In this document: in pieces, positions 46,037-57,087 of the stretch
How the letters are laid out: every line of letters begins with the position of its first letter
How positions within the stretch are numbered: position 1 is the first letter of the stretch
NCBI GenBank assembly: GCA_963727895.1
Contig: CAVSHT010000011.1
Coordinates: forward strand, 32,001 to 96,000
Length of the DNA stretch: 64,000 bases
Reading direction: 5' to 3'
Origin: an uncultured Methanosarcinaceae archaeon
GTDB lineage: Archaea; Halobacteriota; Methanosarcinia; Methanosarcinales; Methanosarcinaceae
Notes under the pieces: generated by a model
The model's input: only the letters and a program-made list of their open reading frames with translations
Told to the model about the DNA's origin: nothing
The model's database searches: none
Program-made: the position numbers and the translations under genes

Positions 46037-46799
46037 GGCATTGTTACTTAAATAGATCTAATTATTTATTGGGCATTGTTAACTAAACATAGTTAACTCT
46101 TTATTTCTTTATTTCATCAATAGAATAACCTAGTACTTTAGCATTTCAAGACTCTTCGTATAACACTTTGTCTTTCTTCTCAACCTTGCTAAAAAATGCC
46201 TCAATATGCTGTTATATCCTTCAACAGTATACGTTTTTGCTTTGGATTGAGTATGACTCTTTTCAGGAAGAAACTCTGCATATGCCCTCCAGTGATCTGT
46301 CATCACTTCTCCAATCTCTTTTTTCTTCAATTTTTCCCAGAGTAGTTTTCCAGTTTATGTTCCTCTGCTACCAAAAGAGCAGTTGATGAACTTTTTCCCA
46401 ACTCTATCAACAGCAATCCAGATACAGCAATATTTTTTTTGTTACCGATGTAAGTGTGCATCTCATCCATTTCAACAATAGATATCTCATTTTCACTTTT
46501 TAGGTTCTCTCACTCTTGACCAAATTTCTTTATCAATTTTTGGACAGAAACATGACTTACCCCTAAAACTCGTCCTATTGAGCGAAAGCCCAATCCTTCA
46601 AGATAGAGTTGTAAAGCCTGTCTTTTTACAGAAGCGGAAAAAGCAGTTGATTTTAGCTCTACTATATAGTTATATCCACAATCAGAGCATTTGTACCGTT
46701 GACGCCTGCCAACTATACCATTCTTTTTGTGATTAGAACTATTGCATCTGGGGCAGTTAATGAAGAAATATACTTTCTCTATGTTTAAGTATCAATGCC
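46037..46799 (-). mobile_element. IS1-family insertion sequence, defective, with doubled right end
   Basis: GGCATTG ends; TSD AAAAAGAA; start ATG changed to ATT; premature TAG; second inner IR at about 46072. Confidence 0.9.
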
Positions 46800-46829
46800 A
46801 AAAAGAATAATATATATAAAGGTGCAGAA

Positions 46830-47294
46830 ATGAAAAAAGCAATTATAGCAACTCTTCTGGGAATATTGTTGATAGGTGCTTCCGGAGTAGCTGTTGTCAA
46901 CGCAGTTGCTTCGGATAATGCAGGGACAAATTATGGTTTTGGTCCAATGAACAGATGGGCCGCAAGATACATTAATTCGAGCTCGTCTGATGGCAACTTC
47001 TCCTATTGTCCTTATTTCAACTCAAACGGAACCTCAAAACTTAAGGTCAAAACTGCTGATGAAGCGCTTGAAATTGCAAAGAAGGAAATTAATACCAAAG
47101 TGTCAATAGAAGACATTTCTCAGATGCGCCGATGGTGGATTGTCGCCTATCATGACAAAGATGGAACTTACAGGCAGGCAAGAATTGATGCCTTCAGCGG
47201 TCAAGTTTTTACCAATTTTCCTGTTTGCACAGGAGCTCAGGCTGGTCACAGGAACGGTATGGGTCAAGGCTACTGCAAAGCATATACTTCTTGA
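46830..47294 (+). CDS. Exported protein with PepSY-like domain
   Basis: Signal peptide; DEALEIAK...ARIDAFSGQV. Confidence 0.7.
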   Translation: MKKAIIATLLGILLIGASGVAVVNAVASDNAGTNYGFGPMNRWAARYINSSSSDGNFSYCPYFNSNGTSKLKVKTADEALEIAKKEINTKVSIEDISQMRRWWIVAYHDKDGTYRQARIDAFSGQVFTNFPVCTGAQAGHRNGMGQGYCKAYTS

Positions 47295-47341
47295 GATCAA
47301 TGATATTCATTGAATACTGAAACCATCCCTAAACCATCCTC

Positions 47342-47441
<100 letters not shown>

Positions 47442-47604
47442 GGTTAAATATTTAAGTTATCGATTAAGTCTTCGATTTATTATCCTTTTAAAATATCTTA
47501 TTAATGCCTTATGTTTGCACTTGCCTTTTACTGGATATTCTTTTATATTTATTGTTAGCAATATCAAAAAGAAGTAGAATAAGAAAAACGTATAGATCAA
47601 AAAC

Positions 47605-47841
47605 TTGTTTTTAGAGGTGGACAGCTTGAACGGTATGGGATACAGCATGACTGGCTCTTTCTGGGGATTTCTCCTTATTCTTTTAATCATTTTTGTGATA
47701 GTTGGTGCAGTGGTAATACTGCTTAATAGATCAGAATACGCAGCCCCTAGGGACAATGAACGAATAGTGAAAATGGAAAAAGATATAGAAGAAATCAAAA
47801 AAGCAGTAGAAGATATAAAGTCCAAACTGGAAGAAATTTAA
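47605..47841 (+). CDS. Small membrane protein (TM plus coiled coil); true start probably slightly downstream
   Basis: GMG...FWGFLL TM followed by heptads. Confidence 0.65.
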   Translation: MFLEVDSLNGMGYSMTGSFWGFLLILLIIFVIVGAVVILLNRSEYAAPRDNERIVKMEKDIEEIKKAVEDIKSKLEEI

Positions 47842-47939
47842 AGTTTTATACTTGTTTCAGACTCTGGAACCTCCAAAGTCAGATGAAACAAAAAGTATGG
47901 GAGAACATTTTAGATGACAAAATCACTTCAACAAATCAT

Positions 47940-49524
47940 GAGACTTTTTATTATTTTCTGGTCTACCTCTTTTTTCTCAATCGTGCAAAACAATAAAATT
48001 TTAATTTCATTGAGATAAATTCGTTTTAATGGGAAGAGGAAATAAATCAATCGAGAATTCAATGGTAAAAACGATATTTGAAGGCAATGTATTAATTCCT
48101 TTGCCGAAATTGCTAGTTGAAAATCGCTTTCATTCTCTGTTCTCTTTAATATCTCCTACTCATTGTGATTTTTGTGGCGCTAAATTAAATGTGAACTCTC
48201 ACTATACTCGTTCAATTCTCACAAGTTATGGCACCATAACTTGCAATACTACATACTGGATTTGTCCTACTTGTAAAAAGCATTTTCATGATCAGATCGT
48301 TGGTGTTTCTGGATCCGCAAATTACAGTGATGAGTTCTATGACAAACAAATGCTTGTCAGATACGATAGCAGATGCAGTCTTCACAATTCCTGTAGAGTA
48401 AGCGAAACATATACAGAAGGTTTGACTGATATATGCGGCAGAGCTCCTTGTGCCTCTTCATTATGGTTGCATGAGCAAAAACAATCTGTGTTTTCTAAGC
48501 AAGAACTTTTAGATCAAAATCCTGATTTTGATGGAACTTTGTATATTGATGGAGATCGGGTCAAGAAAGGATGGAAAAAGAAGTTTGAGACTCTGATAGG
48601 ACGAGAGATTACATTAAAAGAATGGAAAAAGATGCGATATCAATCCGTTTACGTTATCGCTACAAAAGAAAAGGTAATTTTGGATTTTGAGGTAACTGAC
48701 AGGTTACCAACAATTGAAGCTCTAATTTCTCTTATCCTACGAATAAAAAACCGATTTCCAGAAGGCAAAATACAAAAAATCGTTTCTGATGAAGATAAAG
48801 CAATCATTGGAGCTGTAAAAAGCGTCTTTCCTGAAGTGGTTCATTCTTTTTGTGTGTTTCATCAATTGAAAAGCGTGAACAAGAGATATAGTGATGATTT
48901 TGGATCTGTAAAAAGTATTCCAGACAATGATAAACTTGTGTACAATGAAATCTGTCAATTAATACAGTCTGATACGGTCATTAATTCTGTCGTGTGTTTT
49001 CAAAATATCCTAAACCTGGCATCTAATCTTGAACTTTCAAAAGCATCTCAAAAAGCGATTTCTTATGCAAAAGAAATTTTCATGAAGAACATAAACTTTT
49101 TGAAAAAAGGATTTACACCTGAGACGGATAATACAATGGAACAGATATTTTCTTTGATAGGAGACATCGTAGACAAGACAAGATCATTCAAAACTGATAG
49201 TGGTCTAACTAATTTTTGCTACAATTTGTTTGCTTATTTCAACAAAAGGTGTTTCCGCACTGGAAAATGGGCAGGATTTTCGCCCTTGATGAGGGCGAGA
49301 TTCCAGTATGGATAATAAAGGGTGAATGGAAACTTCCACTATAAACATGCAACTTTACAGCGGTAGCTATCGAATGATTTTGAAAAAAATCAGAAATATG
49401 TATAAAAAAGTTAAAAATAAGTGGATCAACTTTTCCAAAATGAGGAAATGAGTTTAATGAATTTGGATAGAATTCCATTGTTATTATAGAATCGCAGAAA
49501 AACCGGAAAAAATTAAAAAGACTC
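47940..49524 (+). mobile_element. IS256/Mutator-like (ISH6-like) insertion sequence
   Basis: Imperfect ~22-bp TIRs GAGACTTTTT.../...AAAAAGACTC; 8-bp TSD CAAATCAT. Confidence 0.88.
48029..49315 (+). CDS. DDE transposase, apparently intact
   Basis: N-terminal CxxC...CxxC; YIDG, VSDED, CVFH, TDNTME. Confidence 0.85.
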   Translation: MGRGNKSIENSMVKTIFEGNVLIPLPKLLVENRFHSLFSLISPTHCDFCGAKLNVNSHYTRSILTSYGTITCNTTYWICPTCKKHFHDQIVGVSGSANYSDEFYDKQMLVRYDSRCSLHNSCRVSETYTEGLTDICGRAPCASSLWLHEQKQSVFSKQELLDQNPDFDGTLYIDGDRVKKGWKKKFETLIGREITLKEWKKMRYQSVYVIATKEKVILDFEVTDRLPTIEALISLILRIKNRFPEGKIQKIVSDEDKAIIGAVKSVFPEVVHSFCVFHQLKSVNKRYSDDFGSVKSIPDNDKLVYNEICQLIQSDTVINSVVCFQNILNLASNLELSKASQKAISYAKEIFMKNINFLKKGFTPETDNTMEQIFSLIGDIVDKTRSFKTDSGLTNFCYNLFAYFNKRCFRTGKWAGFSPLMRARFQYG

Positions 49525-50247
49525 CAAATCATAGATATTGGCGAAGCTCTCTCTCATCCAGTAAGGCTAAAGTTGTTATACTTGCTGGCCGAAAGAGAAA
49601 GATACGTGTATGAACTCGCCAAAGACCTCAATCTCTCAAGGCAGGTAGTAAATCTGCATTTAAAACGCCTGGAAAAAGCAGGATTTGTTGAAAGTGATCT
49701 CAGGCTTGAAGATGATGATATGAGAGCCAAGAAGTTTTATCGGTTAAAAGAGTTTGAGATTTCCCTTGGAATGGAAGACCTGAAGCAGATTTTCAAATGA
49801 GTTGGGACTTTCATATAATCTGAACTAAAAGAAGATAATAAAAAAGGAAATAGAAAACAAATGCATATAGCTTTTAACAAAATTACGGCTTTGGAGAAAA
49901 TTTATATAAATCAGTTTTAAGAAACTGAAATGAAATGGGCCAGTGTATCAGGCTATTTGTACCTAATAGCGTTCGTTATTTTAGAGGATTTCTACAGAGC
50001 CAAAAAGATAAAACTAAAAATAAGAAAATAAAACTTGATAAGTTAAAAAGCTTGAAATCCTATCTTTTTTTAAAAATGAATAAACAAAATCGGAGTGAAT
50101 CCGAAGGTATTTATTCTTTAGTTGAAGTATAAAAAGGTGAATATCAACAATAAACAAATTTACTTGAGTTATGGATTAAAAAGAAAGACAAAGGTCAATT
50201 TTTTAAAATTATAAAATTAAGTCCTAAAAAATGTTTGAGCAGAAGGT

Positions 50248-51714
50248 GTGGTAAAAATGGAAAAGAAAAGCGTCTTGATCCTGGGGACCGCCTCCCATGT
50301 TGGGAAAAGTTCAGTTGTGACCGCCATATGCAGGATCCTGTCAAGGAAATACAGGGTTGCCCCCTTCAAGGCTCAAAATATGAGTTTGAATTCCTGGATT
50401 ACAAAAGACGGAAAAGAGATAGGAATTGCCCAGGCAATCCAGGCAAAAGCTGCAGGCATTGAGCCTACTGCAGATATGAACCCTGTTCTTCTAAAACCCA
50501 AAGGAGATTGTGTTTCTCAGATAATCCTGCTAGGGGAACCTTATGCTGACAGAAGTGCAGGTCAGTATTATGATTCCATTGAAGAAATGAACGAAGTCCT
50601 TGAAGGAGCTCTTGAAAGGCTTTGCAAAGAGCATGATGTTATTGTTATGGAAGGAGCTGGCGGAGCTGCTGAAATTAACCTGTATGAAAGAGATATTGTA
50701 AATATTGGTACTGCAAGACTTACACAAGCCCCCATAATCCTTGTTGGAGATATAGAAAGAGGAGGCGTTTTTGCAAGCCTTTATGGTACAGTTGAACTCC
50801 TTCCTGAGGATGTACGGAAAAAAGTCAAAGGATTCATAATCAATAAATTCAGAGGCGATCTGGAAATTCTGAAGCCAGGGCTGAAGCAACTTGAAGAAAA
50901 AACAGGAATTCCAGTCCTTGGAGTCCTTCCTTACTTCAAGCTCAACATCCCTTCAGAGGATTCAGTCTCACTTGAAGATAAAGAAAATGTAAAAAACGAA
51001 AAAGATATAGAAATTGCAGTAATTCGCCTGCCGAGGATTTCGAATTTCACAGACTTTGAACCCCTAGAAAAAACTGCTAAAATTCGATATGTAGACCTTG
51101 AAGAGAACCTTGGAAATCCGGATGCAATAATGATCCCAGGTACAAAGAATACGGTTAACGACCTGCTTGACCTTCAGGCAAGCGGTATGGCCGAAAAAAT
51201 TCAGGCATTTAAAGGAAAAATTCCTATTTTTGGGATCTGCGGTGGTTACCAGATGCTCGGCAAGACAATTTACGATTCTGGGATCGAAAATGGGACAAAA
51301 GCCGCATTTGAAGGTTTAGGCCTCCTGAATATAGGAACAAAATTTGAAGAATACACAAAGAGAACTGTCCAGGTTACGAAAAAAGTGAATGCATATGGCC
51401 CGATACTTGCTCCCATAGATGGAGAAGAAATAAAAGGATATGAAATCCATATGGGAATTACCGATTCTCATCGTAACATATTTGGAAACGAAGGTGCAAT
51501 CGATGAAACCGGTCTGATAATTGGAACATACCTTCACGGCCTCTTTGAAAACAAGAACATAAGAGATGCTCTCATGCAGTATCTCTGTGAGAAAAAAGGA
51601 CTTACATACAGTCCTGAAAACGTTATGACCGAAAACGAGGCTTATGAAGAACTCGCAAATGTAGTTGAGCAGAACCTTGACATGAAAAAAGTCTACGAAA
51701 TCATTGGGATCTAA
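50248..51714 (+). CDS. cobQ: Cobyric acid synthase
   Basis: GTASHVGKS, PFKAQNM, EGAG, SNFTDF, GICGGYQMLG, GTYLHG. Confidence 0.95.
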   Translation: MVKMEKKSVLILGTASHVGKSSVVTAICRILSRKYRVAPFKAQNMSLNSWITKDGKEIGIAQAIQAKAAGIEPTADMNPVLLKPKGDCVSQIILLGEPYADRSAGQYYDSIEEMNEVLEGALERLCKEHDVIVMEGAGGAAEINLYERDIVNIGTARLTQAPIILVGDIERGGVFASLYGTVELLPEDVRKKVKGFIINKFRGDLEILKPGLKQLEEKTGIPVLGVLPYFKLNIPSEDSVSLEDKENVKNEKDIEIAVIRLPRISNFTDFEPLEKTAKIRYVDLEENLGNPDAIMIPGTKNTVNDLLDLQASGMAEKIQAFKGKIPIFGICGGYQMLGKTIYDSGIENGTKAAFEGLGLLNIGTKFEEYTKRTVQVTKKVNAYGPILAPIDGEEIKGYEIHMGITDSHRNIFGNEGAIDETGLIIGTYLHGLFENKNIRDALMQYLCEKKGLTYSPENVMTENEAYEELANVVEQNLDMKKVYEIIGI

Positions 51715-52089
51715 GATAAATACCTGAACACTGAAAACATAAGAATATTCAGGTGCAGCTAAGCAGAAAATATGATAAAACTTAACTTTAAGAATTAACA
51801 TAAAGAAAGAATATTTGGCATAAAAAAGATGTTGAGTGGCTTCGAGAGAGTATTGTAAGTAGTCAGAATAAAAATCAATATTATTGGTCTATTGGGGGGC
51901 AAAGTGCAGTACTCGTGGAGGGTATATCCAACCTCCAGAAACCACTCAATAATAAATAATCAATTGACAATTATTTATGCATACTGAAATTATTCTATTT
52001 TAGTGTCTAATTTTATTATTTATATTAATCTTGTATTATATGTAGATAGGAAATAATAACTGTACTTTGTAATTATTTTTTCCCAAATC

Positions 52090-52260
52090 AGCTCTCTTGA
52101 GCGGAGCGAAAAGAGCTTCGCGCTGTTGCGACTACATCGCAACTTCCAGTAAATTGGATATTTTCTATGATCCCGAAGCGAAACTCGGGTAGCGAAAAAA
52201 GGTCACCGTCTTCCCGAGACGGGACTCGGGTGACGGAACTCGGGCGAAGAGACTCGAGTT
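52090..52260. repeat. GC-rich multi-hairpin intergenic element
   Basis: Hairpins AGCTCT/AGAGCT, GTTGCGA/TCGCAAC, CCCGA/TCGGG twice; ACTCGRG four times. Confidence 0.6.
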
Positions 52261-53241
52261 TCAGAACATAAGAACTTTCTTGCCAAGCCCTTTACTAACA
52301 GCCCTCTCATAAACCAGGTGTGCACTTGCAATATCCTGAATAGCAAGGCCTGTTGAATCAAAAATTGTAATTTCTTCTTCACTCGTCCTGCCTGGTTTCG
52401 AGCCGACAATTACTTCACCAAGCTCGGCATGAATGTCGTTTTCTGAAATGTAATTTTTGGAAAGAGGAACGTTTACTTCTCCAGAGTGAAGTGCCTGAAC
52501 AACGTCGTCCACAATTACCTTGGACCGGATTAAAAGTTCGGGGTCAAGCTCTTCTTTTCCTACTGCATCAGCTCCTATTGCATTTATGTGAGTACCTTCT
52601 TTGATCCATTGAGCCTTTACTATAGGTTTTCTGGAAGGAGTGGTTGTGACAAGTATGTCGCAGTCACAGACCTTCTCAATGCTTTCCTCATAACAGATTT
52701 CACAGGGAGTAATATTTGCCATTTCCTGAATAAACCGTTCAGAACTCTCTTTTGTCCGAGAGGTAATTTTTACAATTTCGGGATCAAAAACCTTGCAAAG
52801 AGCTTCTAACTGAGTCCTTGCCTGGTTTCCTGTCCCAACAAGGCCTATAACTTTTGAATCTTTTCTTGCAAGGTATTTCGCAGCAATACCTCCTGCAGCT
52901 CCAGTCCGAATATCGGTCAGGTAGGTACCATCCATAATTGCTATGGGAGCGCCAGTCTCTGGAGAAATAAGTACAATAAGAGCCATTACTGTTGGAAGTC
53001 CGTGAGTAGGATTTCCTGGGTGAACGTTTACAATTTTCACACCAGTAATATTTTCGTCTTCAAGATATGCAGGCATTGTCCTAAGATCCCCATTATAAGC
53101 TGTGTAGTAAAGATAGGATTTGGGAGGCATCTGGACCTTACCAAGTCCATGCTGCTTGAAAGCTCTCTCAACAACCTGCATATCAGAACTCATATCCATA
53201 ACACTTTTTACTTCTTCCTGAGCCAGCCATAGTACTTCCAT
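52261..53241 (-). CDS. ala: Alanine dehydrogenase (ornithine cyclodeaminase/mu-crystallin family)
   Basis: GDLRTMPAY, KIVNVHP, RTGAAG, GTHINAIGAD, FDSTGLAIQD. Confidence 0.85.
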   Translation of the reverse strand: MEVLWLAQEEVKSVMDMSSDMQVVERAFKQHGLGKVQMPPKSYLYYTAYNGDLRTMPAYLEDENITGVKIVNVHPGNPTHGLPTVMALIVLISPETGAPIAIMDGTYLTDIRTGAAGGIAAKYLARKDSKVIGLVGTGNQARTQLEALCKVFDPEIVKITSRTKESSERFIQEMANITPCEICYEESIEKVCDCDILVTTTPSRKPIVKAQWIKEGTHINAIGADAVGKEELDPELLIRSKVIVDDVVQALHSGEVNVPLSKNYISENDIHAELGEVIVGSKPGRTSEEEITIFDSTGLAIQDIASAHLVYERAVSKGLGKKVLMF

Positions 53242-53432
53242 AGTATAACCCCCAGCCGGAACCGTGAGCTGGATCGCAGCTGAAAAAACAAATTAAACAG
53301 TACTGAAATAAAAATAAAGAGGCAAACCAACAACCTGAAATTACATTGTTTATTCTTATTTCCGCAAATAAGTATATATAACATATATCTTCACTGATTT
53401 AAAGAACTCCCTTTCTAAAAGGAGATATATTA

Positions 53433-54158
53433 ATGAGAGATCTGCATGAAAGTTCAGATGATTTTTCCAGTCTCTTTCAGAGAGAAAAATTACTCAAAGA
53501 AAAATTACTCAAGCCTGCGCAAGATACTCGAAGTATACTTCGATGGGGCTATCCAAAGTTTTCTACTATTCGTTTCGTGGCTGACCACTTCCAGCTCAGC
53601 ACTGAAGAAAGGCAGATTCTCACAAGAGTTATTATGCCTCCTAATAAGATAATTTCCAGAATTAATAAAAAAGTTGCCTGCAATGGAATAAAAGATAGAA
53701 ACCTTCTCCTTGACGGGTACAATGTCCTTTTAAGTGTAGACAGCCTACTAAAGGAAGAACCTATGTGGTTCTGTGATGATGGATACATAAGAGACAGCCG
53801 CTACTATTTCAGTAAAGCTAAACAGGCAGAAGACATAGAGGAAGCCGTCGATGTAGTTCTCAGATTTTTTTTGGAAGCAGGCCCAAAATCAGTTATTTTT
53901 CTCCTTGATGCCCAAATAAGCCGGAGTGGAGAACTTGCAGGATTTATCCGTCACAAAATGAGAGAATACGAAATTTCAGGTGAAACAAAAACCTCAAAAC
54001 TCGCAGATTTCGAGCTGAAATCTGAGGGAGCAAACTTAGAAAAGAATGTAATCTTAGCGACTTCTGATGGGATTATTATAGATTCAGTCCAAGAAGTACT
54101 CGATATTCCTGCCTGCCTTATGGAAAAAATGGGAATTGAATCGGTCAGGTTGTGTTAA
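53433..54158 (+). CDS. DUF434 family (PIN-like) protein
   Basis: DGYNVL, DDG..RD, LDAQISRSG, ATSD. Confidence 0.8.
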   Translation: MRDLHESSDDFSSLFQREKLLKEKLLKPAQDTRSILRWGYPKFSTIRFVADHFQLSTEERQILTRVIMPPNKIISRINKKVACNGIKDRNLLLDGYNVLLSVDSLLKEEPMWFCDDGYIRDSRYYFSKAKQAEDIEEAVDVVLRFFLEAGPKSVIFLLDAQISRSGELAGFIRHKMREYEISGETKTSKLADFELKSEGANLEKNVILATSDGIIIDSVQEVLDIPACLMEKMGIESVRLC

Positions 54159-54304
54159 AAGACAGTAAAAATCTTATCCTTAAATTATATATTTAATATG
54201 CTTTAGTGAGTCTGAATTTAAAAAAGTCTGAATTTAAAATGATAGGAATCGGGGGTAAAAAATCCCCGGATCTTCTCACGCTATATAGAATAGTTAGATA
54301 AGAA

Positions 54305-54439
54305 TTATTTTTTCTTCTTTTCCTTTGCAAGCTTCTTTTTTGCGTCTTTACTGCCTGCAGAAGCCAGCTTCTCCAGCTCTTCCACCTTTTCTCTCTTAGC
54401 GATCTTCTTCTTATCCATATCTTTTTTAGACATTGCCAT
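54305..54439 (-). CDS. Small Lys-rich protein
   Basis: MAMSKKDMDKKK...AKEKKKK after GAAGGT. Confidence 0.6.
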   Translation of the reverse strand: MAMSKKDMDKKKIAKREKVEELEKLASAGSKDAKKKLAKEKKKK

Positions 54440-54696
54440 AGTGAGTACCTTCATATATTTTAGTGAAGTTACAATATCTTTACAGGCATTACTGATATGA
54501 AGTGCCTTAACAGATATCACATAATTGATTATTCTCAGTTTTAAGAGTATTTATCAGTTTCCACCAAATATAAATTTTCTAATATTGTTAGAGATAAGAT
54601 ATAACCCTTAACGGCTTTATTTTATATGATATAAGATTAATAAATTGTAAAAAAGGAATTAAAGCGAAAATATTCCTTTAAAATAACTTTATTTTG

Positions 54697-56301
54697 TTAC
54701 TTGCCTTCTTTTTCCTTTATGTATTTGCACATTGCCTCAACTAGACTATTAAATGGAGGAGATGGTCTTCCAGGTCTTGAACGGAATTCAGGATGGAACT
54801 GAGAGCCAAAGAAGAAACGTTTGCCAGGAATTTCCGCAATCTCCATTCTATTCTTGTTTTTTCCGGAAAATAGGATACCAAAAGACTCAAGTCTGTCCAC
54901 AAACTCTGGATTTACCTCATATCTATGGCGGTGGCGCTCTACAATGTAATTGGTTCCATAAATATTAGCAGCAATTGAACCTTCTTTAAGGATAGCTTCA
55001 TAGTCTCCAAGGCGCATGGTTCCACCCATGTCCGCAACACCAGTTTGCTCAGGCAAAATATCAATCACAGGATAAGGAGTATCTTCGTCAAATTCTGTAC
55101 TGTTTGCCCCTTCAAGTTTAGCCATATTTCTGGCAAACTCAATTACTGCAAGCTGCATCCCCAGGCAAATTCCAAGAAATGGAATATCGTTTTCTCTGGC
55201 AAACTTTATTGCCATCATTTTCCCTTCAGTGCCACGTTCTCCAAAACCACCCGGAATAAGAATTCCGTCATACTGTATTAAATTCTCAACATCTGTCGGA
55301 TTTTCTTCCAGTATTTCGGCTTCAACCATGTGGACATCAACCTTACATCCATTATCGATTCCACCGTGTTTGAGAGCTTCAAGAATGCTGAGATAAGAGT
55401 CCTCAAGATTGGTATATTTTCCGACGATTGCCAATTTGACGGTATTGGTTGTGGATTTCATCTTTGCAACCATTTCTTTCCATCCACCGTTTTCGACATC
55501 AGATTCAAGTTGCAGATGTTTCATTAGCTGGGAAGTTAAACCCTGCTTTTCTATATTAATAGGCACTTCATAAATATCGTCGGCATCATAAGCGCTAATG
55601 ACCAACTCCTGAGGAACGTCACAAAAGAGAGCGATTTTCTCTTTGGCACTATCCTGAAGAGGTGTTTTTGACCTCACAACTATCACTTCAGGGCTGAGAC
55701 CAAGGGCTCGAAGTTCTTTTACGGAATGCTGAGAAGGCTTGGTTTTTTGCTCACCTTGAAGATCTTCCATAGCTAAAGTCACATGAATAAATACAATGTT
55801 TTCTGAAGGTTCTTCCCTGTGCATCTGGCGTACAGCTTCAAGGAAAGGCATGCTTTCAATGTCACCAACAGTTCCTCCGATTTCGATAAGACATATATCA
55901 GCTCCACTTCTGGCAGCAACTTTTCTGATCCTGCTTTTTATCTCGTTTGTAACATGGGGAATTATCTGGACTGTTTTTCCGAGATACTCTCCTCTCCTCT
56001 CTTTGGAAATTACTTCCTGGTAAACCTTACCTGTAGTAAGATTATGATCTCTGGTAAGTTCCGTATCAAGGAATCTCTCGTAATTTCCAAGATCCAGGTC
56101 AACCTCCCCTCCATCCTTGAGCACAAAGACTTCCCCATGCTGGTAGGGGCTCATGGTACCTGCATCAATATTGATGTAAGGATCGATCTTAATAGCTGTA
56201 ACTTTATAACCTTTATTTTTAAGATTTCTGCCAATGGATGCGATGGTAATGCCTTTTCCAAGCCCACTCATCACCCCACCGGTAACTACTATATACTTCA
56301 T
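54697..56301 (-). CDS. pyrG: CTP synthase
   Basis: [29 protein letters not shown]. Confidence 0.97.
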   Translation of the reverse strand: MKYIVVTGGVMSGLGKGITIASIGRNLKNKGYKVTAIKIDPYINIDAGTMSPYQHGEVFVLKDGGEVDLDLGNYERFLDTELTRDHNLTTGKVYQEVISKERRGEYLGKTVQIIPHVTNEIKSRIRKVAARSGADICLIEIGGTVGDIESMPFLEAVRQMHREEPSENIVFIHVTLAMEDLQGEQKTKPSQHSVKELRALGLSPEVIVVRSKTPLQDSAKEKIALFCDVPQELVISAYDADDIYEVPINIEKQGLTSQLMKHLQLESDVENGGWKEMVAKMKSTTNTVKLAIVGKYTNLEDSYLSILEALKHGGIDNGCKVDVHMVEAEILEENPTDVENLIQYDGILIPGGFGERGTEGKMMAIKFARENDIPFLGICLGMQLAVIEFARNMAKLEGANSTEFDEDTPYPVIDILPEQTGVADMGGTMRLGDYEAILKEGSIAANIYGTNYIVERHRHRYEVNPEFVDRLESFGILFSGKNKNRMEIAEIPGKRFFFGSQFHPEFRSRPGRPSPPFNSLVEAMCKYIKEKEGK

Positions 56302-56934
56302 GGGTAAGCTCCCTCAATAGTTTTCCGAATAGTGATTTTAGACTAAAGGATATTGTATGGAGTTAGACAGGGAAATAATCAAAGTTACTATTTTATAAGA
56401 AATATGTCATTAATTCTCTGGTACGAACACAATACCAATATCTTCATGATATAAAAAATACTCTCTACTTTTAAAAAGAGGATGTATTAAATATATTAGT
56501 AAGTAGTGATGAAACTGGATTAAAAAAGTTTTGTAGAAAAACTATCAAAACCAGCTTAAATAATCTGATTAAATATGAAAAACGGAGTTAAGTCATTTAA
56601 TTCAAATAAATAGAGATTAGTTACTTATTCGATTGTCTACAAAACCAAAAAATGTGAATATATAAGGCAATGGTTAAAATTTCAGCTACTTTAAAACATG
56701 GAATAGGAAAGAAAAGGTCAGAAAAGTATAATTTATCTAACCATAAAGTGACTCCTTAATCGCAAAAATATTCTGAATAATTTTTTCATGCTTTTCTTGC
56801 TATGAACCTGAAATTTATGAACTTGAATTAATTCTCATTTATAACCTAAAACGCACATGCTTTTCTTCGAATAACAAGCACAACTAATGAAAGTACTCTC
56901 CGTTCTTTTTTTTGACTATTAAGTCCTCATTACC

Positions 56935-57068
56935 TTGGGCAGTAAGGTTGTCTTGATTTTGGTTTTTCAAAACCGTCCTAAAACTAATCAGTGAATTGCC
57001 ATCGAAGGCTCAAGTGTGACTTTGATCACGGATGCTAAATTGGCCTTTTAGGCAATTCCACTGCCCAA
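56935..57068 (+). ncRNA. Candidate bridge/seek RNA in the IS110 5' non-coding region
   Basis: Closing stem TTGGGCAGT/ACTGCCCAA enclosing two stem-internal-loop-hairpin arms. Confidence 0.6.
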
Positions 57069-57087
57069 ATAAATTTGGTGATCTAAT

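Larger units (their letters stand above)
47914..49800 (+). pseudogene. ArsR-family regulator split by an IS
   Basis: Removing the IS and one TSD gives MTKSLQQIIDIGEALSHPVRLKLLYLL...LSRQVVNLHLKRLEKAGFV. Confidence 0.88.

Noticed and set aside
46129..46133. TAG in the IS1 transposase as a pyrrolysine codon
   Set aside because: Other copies have TCG here and this copy has also lost its start codon
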